Shown piece after piece: positions 30,182 through 40,175 of a stretch of DNA of 64,000 nt. Position 1 is the first letter of the stretch, and each line of letters starts with the position of its first letter. Location: NCBI GenBank assembly GCA_963422365.1, contig OY729426.1:2368001-2432000 (forward strand), written 5' to 3'. A program made the translations under genes and the position numbers. Source of the stretch: Nitrospirales bacterium (GTDB taxonomy: Bacteria > Nitrospirota > Nitrospiria > Nitrospirales > UBA8639). The notes below the pieces were generated by a model, which was not told where the DNA came from, searched no databases, and saw only the letters and a list, made by a program, of their open reading frames with translations.

Positions 30182-31498
30182 TTAATTGAAATCTTCTATC
30201 GAAGGAAGATCCTGTCCCTCTTTTAAGCTGGACAAATAATCCACAATTTTGTTGACGGCTCCAGCACTTAATATTTGTCCGAAATTTTTTGGCATTTGGT
30301 TATCCGGAAAATCTTTCACAACATACATGCTGGGATTCAAAATCGACTCGGTGATGTATTCACGGGTCGACATCGCATGCCCGTTATACCCGGGATCTTT
30401 CAGCCGTTGGGGAGCATTACTGCCTTCCATCAACAAGGGACCCACTTTCCCCGTTGCGTCTTTAATTCCTGGAATCGTATGACAGGCAGGGCACCCCGCT
30501 TTCATGAAGAGATCCGTAATGGGCTCCTCGCCGGTAGCCAACACACCTCCAGTGGCTTCATCCCCTCCGGCACTCGCCTGTGGCCGATCTGCTTCTGGGA
30601 TAAATTTTTCATAAGACATTGAAATTTCCTCATATGTGGGGGCTTCCTTCCCTTCACGAACGTACAGCCAGGTATCCACCGCTGCCAATTCTCCGAGAGT
30701 CAGCGAAATTGGTGGCTTGTGAATTCTGGGCATAGGGCTTTCCATGTCGTTTGTTCCCTTTACGCCAAATCCAGGAACAACAAAACAATTCGGACAGGCA
30801 TGTGACTCAGCGATATATTCTTGACCGGTCTTGGCCGCCCCCGATCCCTCAAACGCTTCTTTTTGCACGGTATCCCGCGCAGCAGGATCCTTCATATGAT
30901 ATTTTTCGTGCTTCAACCGCTCTTCTGCTCTGGCAGGAATATCCCAAAGATTCGGGGCACGTTCACTTAAGAATCCCTGATTGAACCCATGGCACAAGGG
31001 ACATTGGCCTTTCCCTATAGCCCCCTGAACCTTACTTTGTCCAAGACCGCCGAAAATGATTTTTTCCCCCTCATCGGCCAATTGTTGAGGCGTCATACTC
31101 TGGAAGTCCAACTTTACTTCCGGAGGCGCAAACCCCCCTTCTACCTGAGGCAACCAATTTCCATATCCGGAAAGCGCCGCAGCCACAAGAAACATAAACC
31201 CCCCGATTTTCATGAGGGCCCCGATGTTGGTGAAATAAATACCCATAATGTACGTCAAACAGGTAATCATCACCAATGAGACGGGCAGCAGTCGACTTTC
31301 CCCATAGAAATTATTCTTGTAATTCGCAATGGCCATAAAGGCCATAAAGGCACACAGAACACCGATAAATGTCTTAAACGCTGCATGCCGCCTTTGGACC
31401 GGATCGGTCAGTTTTGCCTGAAAATACACCAAGAGCCCTATCAAAAAGGCGAATGCAGGCCATCCAATCGAAATTGCTTCCGTAATTAATTCAACCAC
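30182..31498 (-). CDS. Membrane-anchored diheme cytochrome c
   Basis: Four N-terminal TMs; CPLCH and CPACH, each with a distal MP. Confidence 0.88.
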   Translation of the reverse strand: MVELITEAISIGWPAFAFLIGLLVYFQAKLTDPVQRRHAAFKTFIGVLCAFMAFMAIANYKNNFYGESRLLPVSLVMITCLTYIMGIYFTNIGALMKIGGFMFLVAAALSGYGNWLPQVEGGFAPPEVKLDFQSMTPQQLADEGEKIIFGGLGQSKVQGAIGKGQCPLCHGFNQGFLSERAPNLWDIPARAEERLKHEKYHMKDPAARDTVQKEAFEGSGAAKTGQEYIAESHACPNCFVVPGFGVKGTNDMESPMPRIHKPPISLTLGELAAVDTWLYVREGKEAPTYEEISMSYEKFIPEADRPQASAGGDEATGGVLATGEEPITDLFMKAGCPACHTIPGIKDATGKVGPLLMEGSNAPQRLKDPGYNGHAMSTREYITESILNPSMYVVKDFPDNQMPKNFGQILSAGAVNKIVDYLSSLKEGQDLPSIEDFN

Positions 31499-31593
31499 CT
31501 TGCCCCTCCACCAAAATGAGGCTAACCCTATTCTACGTTCAGGACACCCTCATTATGAAAAAATCATCACGCATTGCTATACGCAGTTAATGA

Positions 31594-33561
31594 TTAATGA
31601 CCAGTTGCAGGCTGTGGCGCGGGAGTACCAGGAACAGGTTGCGACGCAGGTACAGGCACTTTCTTGGCACCCAGCGCTCCAAGCCAAAAGACAAAGAGAA
31701 TCGTGATCCAGAAGAACAGCACATTAAAGGAGATCACATTCGCCCCAAACCCAATGGTATGCGTATACGCCCACGGGGAATTGTCGCGCATAATTTCATT
31801 GACGTGCCAGAACAGCCTCACCGATGACCGAATGTAACCCATCAATCCCATCATCCACGTAAAGGCCGTTGCCAACATAATTAAGGCATACTGTGACCGT
31901 GGCGCAATCTGACCCCATCGAATTGGTCCGAGTTCCCTGGACTTACTCAACATCGCCAGATTTAAAGCTGACCCAAAAAATAAGCACGAGAGCGTTCCAG
32001 CGACCTGAGGAACCGAGAGGCCTATTCGAACGTTGGCCGGGATGAAATACCCGTAACAGGCGACCCAGACATTATTAAGATGAGCCACCACAAAGAATGT
32101 GATCAGGAAGATATTTCCGAACTTTGCCCACTTGACAGCCGGGACCCTATTGCCACGCTGATACCATATAAAACTGGCGATCGTGGTCATGATAATCGCG
32201 TTAATTCCGCCATTCTTAGCCGACATGACGCCATAGTTACCTAAGACCGGATGCTGCTGACCTCCCATGGCCTTTAATTCAGCCGGCGTCATCACAATAG
32301 TGTGTGGAGTGATAAAGACCAACAATCCCACCACCAAAATGAACACAAAATACTTAATATAAGGCCGAAACCTCTCCCCTCCGGTCATTCGTCCGAGGGC
32401 TTGCCAGAGATAGTAGTTTGTCGTCAAAAACAGGATGCCGATCATTGTCGCCTGAATAATGAACAACCAAGCCAACAGCCCACCCATCAAGGTAATTCCC
32501 ATTTGTTGACGGTAGGCATACACTTCGCGCATGAGCCAATAGCCGGCAAACGGCAGGGGAATCAGGAAAGCCACACCCAGCGACATCGCGATATATCCCA
32601 TCCAATCGTAATGGGCGCGCTCTTCATCATTCTTTGCTGACAGGAACCGATACGCAGCATACGCCGCCACCACGCCACCACCAAAGGCCATATTCCCAAG
32701 AATCCGATGCACATTCAGAGGATTCCAGAGCGCCGTATGAATGGCATGCCAAATATTTCCCAGATATCGTCCCTGCTCATCCACCCCAGCGGGCGACATC
32801 ATGAAGCCAATCCATGAATTAGCCAGGAACATCAACACCGTCCCAATGACGTTCAACACCACCGACATACTGGCATGGAGCCATTTTAATAACCCATCTT
32901 TCATCTTGTCCCATCCATAGTAGTAGATGTAGAGGGTTCCGCTTTCTGCCACGAACATCAGGGCATAGATATGCATCACTGGTCGAAAAATACTGGAAAG
33001 ATACCCAAAAAAGGCTGGATACAGCGTCAGGAATGTGAATATGAGAATACCACCGAGGATGGCAGTCAGCGAGTAGGCGGTCAGGCTGATTTTAACAAAG
33101 TCATAAGCCAACTGGTCATACTTCTTTGCCATTGCTCTGTCTTTACTCACCAACCCGGCAAACTCGATACACATACAGAAAATCGGCACGGCTAACACAA
33201 AGCTGCCATAGTACAGATGCTGCTGATTGGCCACCCAAAGCAGGACCCTGCTTTCGAAGTTATATCGTGGATAGAATTCTTCCGTATCGGCAGTTTTCGG
33301 GGCCGGAGCACCGACCGCAGGCCCCTCCGTTTTGTAGTAGACATCTCTGCCAATTTCGACTTTTGCTTCTTCACCTTCCACCCCTTCGGCTTCCTCAGCA
33401 GCTACGACATCAGGAGGCGGTGCCCCTGCTACGGGACCGCCTCCACCGGCCAAGGCCGGCAGTGCCACAAAAATCGGGAGCAACAACATGGCTCCCATTG
33501 CAAAAAGACCAGTGACTGCCAGGATTTTTTTTCTGGCCTGTCCATTTTTGAGGCGACCCAT
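31594..33561 (-). CDS. Cytochrome bd-like oxidase subunit I (CydA-like, Nitrospira type), copy 1
   Basis: QQHLYYGSF, FVAES..LYIYYYGWD, ANSWIGFMMSPAG, NVHRILGN; about 14 TMs. AGGAGG RBS before ATG at 33561. Confidence 0.88.
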   Translation of the reverse strand: MGRLKNGQARKKILAVTGLFAMGAMLLLPIFVALPALAGGGGPVAGAPPPDVVAAEEAEGVEGEEAKVEIGRDVYYKTEGPAVGAPAPKTADTEEFYPRYNFESRVLLWVANQQHLYYGSFVLAVPIFCMCIEFAGLVSKDRAMAKKYDQLAYDFVKISLTAYSLTAILGGILIFTFLTLYPAFFGYLSSIFRPVMHIYALMFVAESGTLYIYYYGWDKMKDGLLKWLHASMSVVLNVIGTVLMFLANSWIGFMMSPAGVDEQGRYLGNIWHAIHTALWNPLNVHRILGNMAFGGGVVAAYAAYRFLSAKNDEERAHYDWMGYIAMSLGVAFLIPLPFAGYWLMREVYAYRQQMGITLMGGLLAWLFIIQATMIGILFLTTNYYLWQALGRMTGGERFRPYIKYFVFILVVGLLVFITPHTIVMTPAELKAMGGQQHPVLGNYGVMSAKNGGINAIIMTTIASFIWYQRGNRVPAVKWAKFGNIFLITFFVVAHLNNVWVACYGYFIPANVRIGLSVPQVAGTLSCLFFGSALNLAMLSKSRELGPIRWGQIAPRSQYALIMLATAFTWMMGLMGYIRSSVRLFWHVNEIMRDNSPWAYTHTIGFGANVISFNVLFFWITILFVFWLGALGAKKVPVPASQPVPGTPAPQPATGH

Positions 33562-33648
33562 AACCAACCTCCTTCTTTCTTTGAAATTATTCAAAGAACA
33601 ATAAACCTATTATGTTGTTCATTTTTTTCAGAATGATTACTATCGGGG

Positions 33649-33765
33649 TTACCTGAGAATATAGAAATAATCCAAGCCCTGCATATCCATCAGCGCCCAG
33701 TCGATGAACTGAAAATAGGCCACGGAAATCACGATTGAAATGATGAGGTACAGAGCCGTCTGCAT
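33649..33765 (-). CDS. Small single-pass membrane protein (38 aa), first gene of the bd-like oxidase operon
   Basis: MQTALYLIISIVISVAYFQFIDWALMDMQGLDYFYILR*, with a strong AGAGGAGG RBS. Below the ORF-track length cutoff. Confidence 0.75.
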   Translation of the reverse strand: MQTALYLIISIVISVAYFQFIDWALMDMQGLDYFYILR

Positions 33766-34055
33766 ATGAAACCCTCCTCTTTAAACTCTATCCAGTCAGT
33801 TTTTTTCAACAAGGACATTGGATACCGGCAAACCAATAAAAAAACCACAAACTTATAGCACAGGTCACATAGAATATCCCCTTGCCCAGCTTGATTGGAA
33901 ACGGATCAGTTTTCGCCATCTTAGCTTTCCCTCTAGATGTTTGACCTTAATAAATTGTACGCTTGACACATTTCTTCGACATATGATAATGAACAGATAC
34001 TTTTACTTTTCACGAAATGGTGAAACGAATGAGAAATAACGCAAAATTGTTCGAC

Positions 34056-34084
34056 ATTATAGTGTTGGCCGGAATGGTTGTCAA
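34056..34084 (-). promoter_or_regulatory. Consensus sigma70 promoter upstream of the bd-like oxidase operon
   Basis: Minus strand TTGACA-17 bp-TATAAT, a perfect match. Confidence 0.8.
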
Positions 34085-34139
34085 TATTCTTTTGGCCGTC
34101 TTTTTGATACTGTATTACTTTGACTTTCTCTAGCCTACG

Positions 34140-35051
34140 CTAAAGCTTAGGGTGAGGCTCCAGCGTGGGGTCCCGAGTATTTTGTCGCTCTGACGCAGCA
34201 CAACGAAAGCCGATAGTTTCATCCCGAAAATCTGGAACCATGAAATTTCTTGCCGTAATTCTCAAGTCGTTTCCATAACTTGTATACCCTGCCCCGCGAA
34301 GAGTCTTGTACCCCCCACGGTCGGCAACACTTGCCTCTCCAGTTTCACTGGAATGAGGCGTTTGCTCCTCATACCAATTGTCGGCCCATTCCATCAGGTT
34401 TCCAAAACCGTCATACACGCCAAAAGGGCTTCTATCCAATGGGAACGAGCCAACAGACGCCGTGGCTTCGTATCCATCTGCCTCTCCCCCCAAATTTGCC
34501 TTGTGGATCCTCGGAGAATTTCCCCAAGGCCATAACCGACCGTCTATCCCTCGCGTCGCTTTCTCCCACTCGGCTTCTCTCGGCAAACGCTTTCCTTTCC
34601 ATTTGCAATAGGCATCCGCATCATACCAAGAGACATAGGCAACAGGCTGATTCGGTCCACGCAATTGGGCTAACCGTTTGGCATATCGAGACGGAGGGCC
34701 TGGTTTTCGATGACCAGTTTGCTCCACAAATGTTCTATAGTGGTGATTCGTCACCTCATACCGATCGATCCAAAATCCCTCAAGAGGGACCAGACGCTCA
34801 GGGCGTTCATTAAATCCGCCTTGGCTGGTCCCTTGAACAAACTTTCCCGGAGGAATAAACACCATGTCTTCTTGAATGATGGTCTGCAAGGGTTCGGAGG
34901 GAGAAGACTCGATAGCCTGAAGAGGTTTGACAATCTCCGCAAGATCTGGATCGGGGGGAGGCGACTTCGTGCCACGCAAAATTCCTGATATTGGCATGCC
35001 CACCATGAATAAAATCACGGCAAGCAAGATCAGTTTCAATCTCCCATCCAT
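34140..35051 (-). CDS. FGE-sulfatase domain (SUMF1/EgtB/PvdO-like) membrane-anchored protein
   Basis: N-terminal TM; IDRYEVTN, PVAYVSWYDADAYCKW.GKRLPREAEWEKA.RG, GNLMEW, IGFRCA. Likely start MDGRL at 35051. Confidence 0.88.
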   Translation of the reverse strand: MDGRLKLILLAVILFMVGMPISGILRGTKSPPPDPDLAEIVKPLQAIESSPSEPLQTIIQEDMVFIPPGKFVQGTSQGGFNERPERLVPLEGFWIDRYEVTNHHYRTFVEQTGHRKPGPPSRYAKRLAQLRGPNQPVAYVSWYDADAYCKWKGKRLPREAEWEKATRGIDGRLWPWGNSPRIHKANLGGEADGYEATASVGSFPLDRSPFGVYDGFGNLMEWADNWYEEQTPHSSETGEASVADRGGYKTLRGAGYTSYGNDLRITARNFMVPDFRDETIGFRCAASERQNTRDPTLEPHPKL

Positions 35052-35109
35052 GGTAGCGAAGCCTCGATAGATTTGATGAACACGGCCCTGACAACCGCCG
35101 TCAGGATGC

Positions 35110-36015
35110 TTATTTTCTGGCCTCGACATCTTTGGCGCAACGGAACCCGATCGTCGCATCGGCTCGCCACATTTTGGCTGAAAACCGTTTGGTCAATCTC
35201 GCGTTGAGTTTGGAATCACGCCAAGTTGCCCCTCGAATGACTCTAAATTCTGTGCTGTCCGGACCAGAAGGATCACGAAAGGGTGAATGTTGATAATATT
35301 GCGGGTCATAGGTATCCGCAACCCATTCGGCAACATTTCCCGTCATGTCGTAGACCCCATACGGACTCCGTCCGCCTTCAAAAGAACCCACAGGCGCCAA
35401 ATACTTAAACCCATCGTCTTCACCATCGATATTGGAAACCAGGTCACGAAATTCATGTCCCCAAGGATACAGTCGTCGCCCTTCACCACGAGCCGCTCTC
35501 TCCCATTCGGCTTCGGTCGGCAGCCGTTTCCCCGCCCACCGGCAATAGGCAAAGGCATCATTCCATCCAACGCCCACGACGGGAAAATCCGGATCAATGA
35601 GTTTTGCAATATCTTCTTCGAAAACCGGAACCTGAGGGTTCCCTCGCTTGACCATCTTGACAAAACGATCGTACTCCGACTGAGTGACTTCCTTGAGATC
35701 GATAAAGTACGTCCGCACATACACCGGGTGCGCAGGGGCCTCATCGGGATCCCCTTGATCATACCCCATGGTAAAAGGCCCTTCGGGGATTTCGACCATC
35801 TCACGACCCTCATCTCCAACCAAGGTACGATACATCGAAAAATCTTGAATTTTCACTGGAGTGATAACCCGAGGGTTGGGTTTTTGAGACTTCGAGACCA
35901 ACCGGTCTAGCTCTTCTTTCCCTTTATACGTTTCATAGATCAACATGGCCATCATCAAGATAAACGAGGCAAAGACAAAGATGATGGAGCCGATGAGCAC
36001 CCCGCGATTTTCCAT
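35110..36015 (-). CDS. FGE-sulfatase domain membrane-anchored protein
   Basis: N-terminal TM; PVVGVGWNDAFAYCRWAGKRLPTEAEWERAARG, YDMTGNVAEW, IGFRCA. Confidence 0.9.
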   Translation of the reverse strand: MENRGVLIGSIIFVFASFILMMAMLIYETYKGKEELDRLVSKSQKPNPRVITPVKIQDFSMYRTLVGDEGREMVEIPEGPFTMGYDQGDPDEAPAHPVYVRTYFIDLKEVTQSEYDRFVKMVKRGNPQVPVFEEDIAKLIDPDFPVVGVGWNDAFAYCRWAGKRLPTEAEWERAARGEGRRLYPWGHEFRDLVSNIDGEDDGFKYLAPVGSFEGGRSPYGVYDMTGNVAEWVADTYDPQYYQHSPFRDPSGPDSTEFRVIRGATWRDSKLNARLTKRFSAKMWRADATIGFRCAKDVEARK

Positions 36016-36078
36016 AACTCTCCAGAAGTCAGCTTCGCGTCAGGGTTTTCAACAAAGAGGACCTTTCCTATTCCCGCC

Positions 36079-36420
36079 TTAGGCTTCTTGGTCGGAAGAG
36101 GGAATGGTCTTCACTGGTTTTCGCCAAAACACATCAATCAACATTGAGATCCAAATGCCCAAAAATCCGCCCATCGCCGCCCCGGATCCCGCACCCACCG
36201 TAATATTTTCAGGGCCGGAAATAGCCCAAGCCAACGCACCCCCTGAAAACGTTCCAATAAAAATCCCGAGAAAAAACCGACGACCGCCAATGAGACCGAT
36301 ACCGATACCTAAAATGACCCCCAGCCCTGCCGCGAAATAAAAAAAGGAGTCGCCCAAAAGGATTCCAATGAGCACCCCGACCGTCCCCATGACCACAACG
36401 CCGAGGAGCACATCTATCAT
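36079..36420 (-). CDS. Small glycine-rich membrane protein
   Basis: Four Gly-zipper-like TM segments from MIDVLLG at 36420. Confidence 0.75.
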   Translation of the reverse strand: MIDVLLGVVVMGTVGVLIGILLGDSFFYFAAGLGVILGIGIGLIGGRRFFLGIFIGTFSGGALAWAISGPENITVGAGSGAAMGGFLGIWISMLIDVFWRKPVKTIPSSDQEA

Positions 36421-36470
36421 GGTTCCCTTAGAAATCGACGACCTCCTCTTCGACACGCAGCCGCAAGGCG

Positions 36471-37118
36471 TTATTCCGCATGAACCTCGATTGAACCGAA
36501 ATCTATTTCCACCCCAGGCCCACTTTGAAGAGAAATTCCCCACGCCTTGGGAGCCGGTTCATGACCATGAATCTCTTGAAAATCTTTGTAGGTATTGACC
36601 GCTTCTTCTACCCATTCACCCAAGGGATGGGGGCCTGAACGAATCACGACCTCTGCCGCGCCAAACAATCCACCATCCGTGACAGAGCCTCTGCGTTTCG
36701 TGCCACTCCAGACATACTTCGTCGAAATTGGAATAAACATCAAATCCGTATCCAAATTCGCAAAGAGCGCCGCAATAAAATCAGCCTTCTCCGGGACGAC
36801 GTGCAGGCGCCATCTCCACGTGAGAATAGGGTGGGTTTGGGGATTCCAATCAATGTGCTTCGTATACACCCGCTGATTCGCCCCCTTGCCTTTCAGAAAT
36901 ACGGTGTCCCCTTGACTATGAAGAGAGTACGCCTCTTTTGCGGTGACGGTGCTTCGTGACCCTTCCCATCCCTTGGGGAACCTTTCCTCATCAGGATTTT
37001 GAAAATTTTCGAGCATCACCACCTGCGAGAAAGCCTGCCCGCTTCCCACGGAAAGGGGAACAACAAGCAGAAGAAGGACCAAGCACTCCTTGCGTATGCT
37101 TCCTTGAGCTGTTCTCAT
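36471..37118 (-). CDS. Secreted DUF3047-like protein
   Basis: Signal peptide; [17 protein letters not shown]...GEWVEE..N...DF pattern. Confidence 0.7.
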   Translation of the reverse strand: MRTAQGSIRKECLVLLLLVVPLSVGSGQAFSQVVMLENFQNPDEERFPKGWEGSRSTVTAKEAYSLHSQGDTVFLKGKGANQRVYTKHIDWNPQTHPILTWRWRLHVVPEKADFIAALFANLDTDLMFIPISTKYVWSGTKRRGSVTDGGLFGAAEVVIRSGPHPLGEWVEEAVNTYKDFQEIHGHEPAPKAWGISLQSGPGVEIDFGSIEVHAE

Positions 37119-38983
37119 ACCGACTCCTCTCTTGAAAAAGCCCGCACGAAAGACATACGTTCGGTTCCCGCCGGCGTATCTTCTTCCACGGCTAACTGTC
37201 GGTCACGCGTAGACAACCAAAACATGAAAAATACCGAAACCCAAAATAACACCATATTGAGGGTCACCATTTGGGCCGCAAAAGTAATCGGAGGGGTAAA
37301 GGCCCAAGGAGAAAGATCCTCCATCAGTTCATTCACATGCCACCCTAAACGACCGGCTGACCGAATATACCCCATCAACCCCATCACCCAGGAAAAGATC
37401 GCGGCGACCCCAAACAACGCCACCATCCCTCGTATGGATATCTTGCCCCATTGGACGGGACCTCGAATTTCACTCCCCTTCAACAGAAAATAATTGATCA
37501 CCAACCCGACGAGCAAAACCGTCGCTGTAGTTGCACCCTGCGGAATGGACAATCCTACACGGATATGGGCGGGAATAAAAAACCCATAAATCGCAACCCA
37601 GACAATATTGGCCATGCCCAATACAAACAAAACCCCGATCGCAATATTTCCCGCTGGGGCCCAAGGGACAGTAATGATTCGATTGGCACGGCGATACAAC
37701 AGGTAGCTCAAGGCCGTCAGGCAAATCATGATATTAATGGCGCCATTTTTGGCGGACATCACCCCAAATTGCCCAATGACGGGATGTTGCGCCGCTCCCA
37801 CCGCTTTCATTTCACTGGGAGTCATGGCAAGGGTATGGGGAGTAAACCATACCAGAAACGACACCATCAGCCCCCCAAGGATTATTTTGAAACAAGGATG
37901 GTACCGTTCTCCGTCACGTAACCGTCCCAAGGATTGCCAGATATAATAATTAATGCCGAGGAACAGCGCCCCAATAGTGGTAGCCTGAACCACGAAAAGC
38001 CAGGACAGCAACCCGCCCATCATGGTCATGCCCATTTCTTGACGGAATTCAAAGACGGAGCGCATAAGCCAATACCCGGCAAAGGGCATGGGGAGCAAGG
38101 CGCACACCATCACGATAATGAACACATAGCTCACCCAATCATAATACGCCCGCTCTTCTTGGACCCTGGCCTTCAAAAACCGATACGCCGCATACGCCAC
38201 AACCACAGCCCCCCCGGACATAATATCCGCTAAGAACCGATGGGCATTGAGCGGATTCCATAATGGCGAATGCAATAAATGCCAGACATTCCCTAGAAAC
38301 TGTCCCTCGGCGTTCACCCCCGCCGGCGCCATCATAAAAGACGCCCAGGCATTGGCCAACAGGAGCAAAAGCACTCCCATGGCATTCGCAACTACCCCGA
38401 TCGACATGTGCACCCATTTCCTGGCTCCGTGGGCCAGACGGTCCCAACTGTAGTAGTACAACACGAGAAGAAAGAATTCGCCTAAAAACACCGCGGCATA
38501 AAACGGCATCATCTGTTTAAACGTCGATCCCATGTACTTCATAAAAACAGGATAGAACGTCAGAAACGCACCAAGCATAAAACTCCCAAGCAGCGCCGTG
38601 ACTGAGAGCGAGAGAACCCCGACACGAAGAATATCGCGACCGAGTCCATCGTAGCGTTTGGCCGCCTGCGGATCACGACGTGACACGCCAAAGAATTCCA
38701 GGAGAAACGCAAACAACGGGAGCGCGAGGACGAATCCTCCGAAATAGGTATGCTGCTGCGTGATAACCCAAATTACAATCCGGTTATCGAGCGGTCGCCA
38801 TTGTGGATAACCGGATTCAGTCTCTGCGGCTGGAGGGCCTTGCGGAGTTCCTGCAGTCTTATAATAGACATCTTGGTTCTGGTGATGAAGGGAGGAGGCC
38901 TCCGAACTCGCCCACAACGGCATTGGGGCGACAAGTGAACAGCCTACAAAGATCAGCAGGGAAACACGGAAAACGATTTTCAT
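37115..38983 (-). CDS. Cytochrome bd-like oxidase subunit I (CydA-like), copy 2
   Basis: Clear paralog of 31594-33561 (QQHTYFGGF, LWNPLNAHRF, GVMSAKNG, GLMGYIRS...WHVNE). Confidence 0.88.
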   Translation of the reverse strand: MKIVFRVSLLIFVGCSLVAPMPLWASSEASSLHHQNQDVYYKTAGTPQGPPAAETESGYPQWRPLDNRIVIWVITQQHTYFGGFVLALPLFAFLLEFFGVSRRDPQAAKRYDGLGRDILRVGVLSLSVTALLGSFMLGAFLTFYPVFMKYMGSTFKQMMPFYAAVFLGEFFLLVLYYYSWDRLAHGARKWVHMSIGVVANAMGVLLLLLANAWASFMMAPAGVNAEGQFLGNVWHLLHSPLWNPLNAHRFLADIMSGGAVVVAYAAYRFLKARVQEERAYYDWVSYVFIIVMVCALLPMPFAGYWLMRSVFEFRQEMGMTMMGGLLSWLFVVQATTIGALFLGINYYIWQSLGRLRDGERYHPCFKIILGGLMVSFLVWFTPHTLAMTPSEMKAVGAAQHPVIGQFGVMSAKNGAINIMICLTALSYLLYRRANRIITVPWAPAGNIAIGVLFVLGMANIVWVAIYGFFIPAHIRVGLSIPQGATTATVLLVGLVINYFLLKGSEIRGPVQWGKISIRGMVALFGVAAIFSWVMGLMGYIRSAGRLGWHVNELMEDLSPWAFTPPITFAAQMVTLNMVLFWVSVFFMFWLSTRDRQLAVEEDTPAGTERMSFVRAFSREESV

Positions 38984-40074
38984 GAAAGCAGATCTCGCGG
39001 TTGTTCAGGTTGTCCCTGCCCTACCATAACGGGATTGGATTTCCGTCCTGACGCCACCCATCCTGTTTTGGCTAGAATTTCCATCACGAAGGGACAACGC
39101 GTTAACCCTTCGGAGAATCCGCCTTGTGTTTGAGCCTCCACAAACACTCGAGCCCCCAAGAAATACCCATACCCTGCCATCATACCCGCGGTGACCCCAC
39201 CAAGGGCCAAGTGAACGACAAGGGACCCTCCTTTAACCTGCAACACAAACGCAATAAGGCCAATCTGCACTAAATAGTAAGTCCAAGCAAAAGTCAAACA
39301 AGGCCACATCCAAAATCGACAGGCTTCCCACCATGATTGTCTTGTGAAGCGATCCGAGAAGTGTTCGAGAGGATGTTTCCCAGATAAAAATGCTCCATGA
39401 GCGAAACAGGCCGCCACAACACAAACCAGAATCGCCTGCCCAATCTCCTTCCCTACCCCTGTCCAGCCAAGTCGATAGACAACCGCAGCCGTTCCACCGG
39501 CAACCAACCCCGCGCCTACCCATCCGGCCAGACAAAGAAAGTCGCGCTGGAGCAATTCACGAAACGACCCACCGTCGGGAAAGGTCACCATATGCATACC
39601 AGAGGATTCCATGCGTACCACGTGCCCGATTTCAAAAGCATCACGGGTGACCGACGTGCAGGAGATAATCAAGGCCATCATGGCTGGCCCTTCAGGATGC
39701 AGCAGAAAATGATAATCGACAAAGAGGGCCAGAAGCGCCAACACCAACAACGAAAGCTGCACGCCATAGACAAACCCGATCCATCCGCCCACCCAGAGAA
39801 GACGGCTAAGACCATCTGTTTGGCAAACGTGGACAAGAGACGCTGTACGTCCCATCGTATACGCCCAAGACGAGGCGAGCATCGCGAGGACACCGCTCAT
39901 CGCCAACAACACAAATGGGTCGGATAGCGGAAGAACATCTTTGAAGAGATGGTAAAGGGCAAAGGCCACAAACCCTGGAATGAGCATCACCCGACGCTTC
40001 CGCTTTCGAACATCGGATTCAGTGACGGCTGCATTCAGTTGGGGAATTACTCGGAGTGCTAATCGATGGAGCAT
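38980..40074 (-). CDS. Polytopic membrane protein of unknown function
   Basis: About 8 TMs; 4-bp overlap with the downstream bd-like gene. Confidence 0.78.
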   Translation of the reverse strand: MLHRLALRVIPQLNAAVTESDVRKRKRRVMLIPGFVAFALYHLFKDVLPLSDPFVLLAMSGVLAMLASSWAYTMGRTASLVHVCQTDGLSRLLWVGGWIGFVYGVQLSLLVLALLALFVDYHFLLHPEGPAMMALIISCTSVTRDAFEIGHVVRMESSGMHMVTFPDGGSFRELLQRDFLCLAGWVGAGLVAGGTAAVVYRLGWTGVGKEIGQAILVCVVAACFAHGAFLSGKHPLEHFSDRFTRQSWWEACRFWMWPCLTFAWTYYLVQIGLIAFVLQVKGGSLVVHLALGGVTAGMMAGYGYFLGARVFVEAQTQGGFSEGLTRCPFVMEILAKTGWVASGRKSNPVMVGQGQPEQPRDLLS

Positions 40075-40175
40075 CGGAATTTCTCAAGCAGGTGACGTGG
40101 AATACGGGATGCAAGGAAACTACGCTTACGCTGAATGTCCATTATTCTTTGCCGGCACAGAGCACGTCTTATGCG

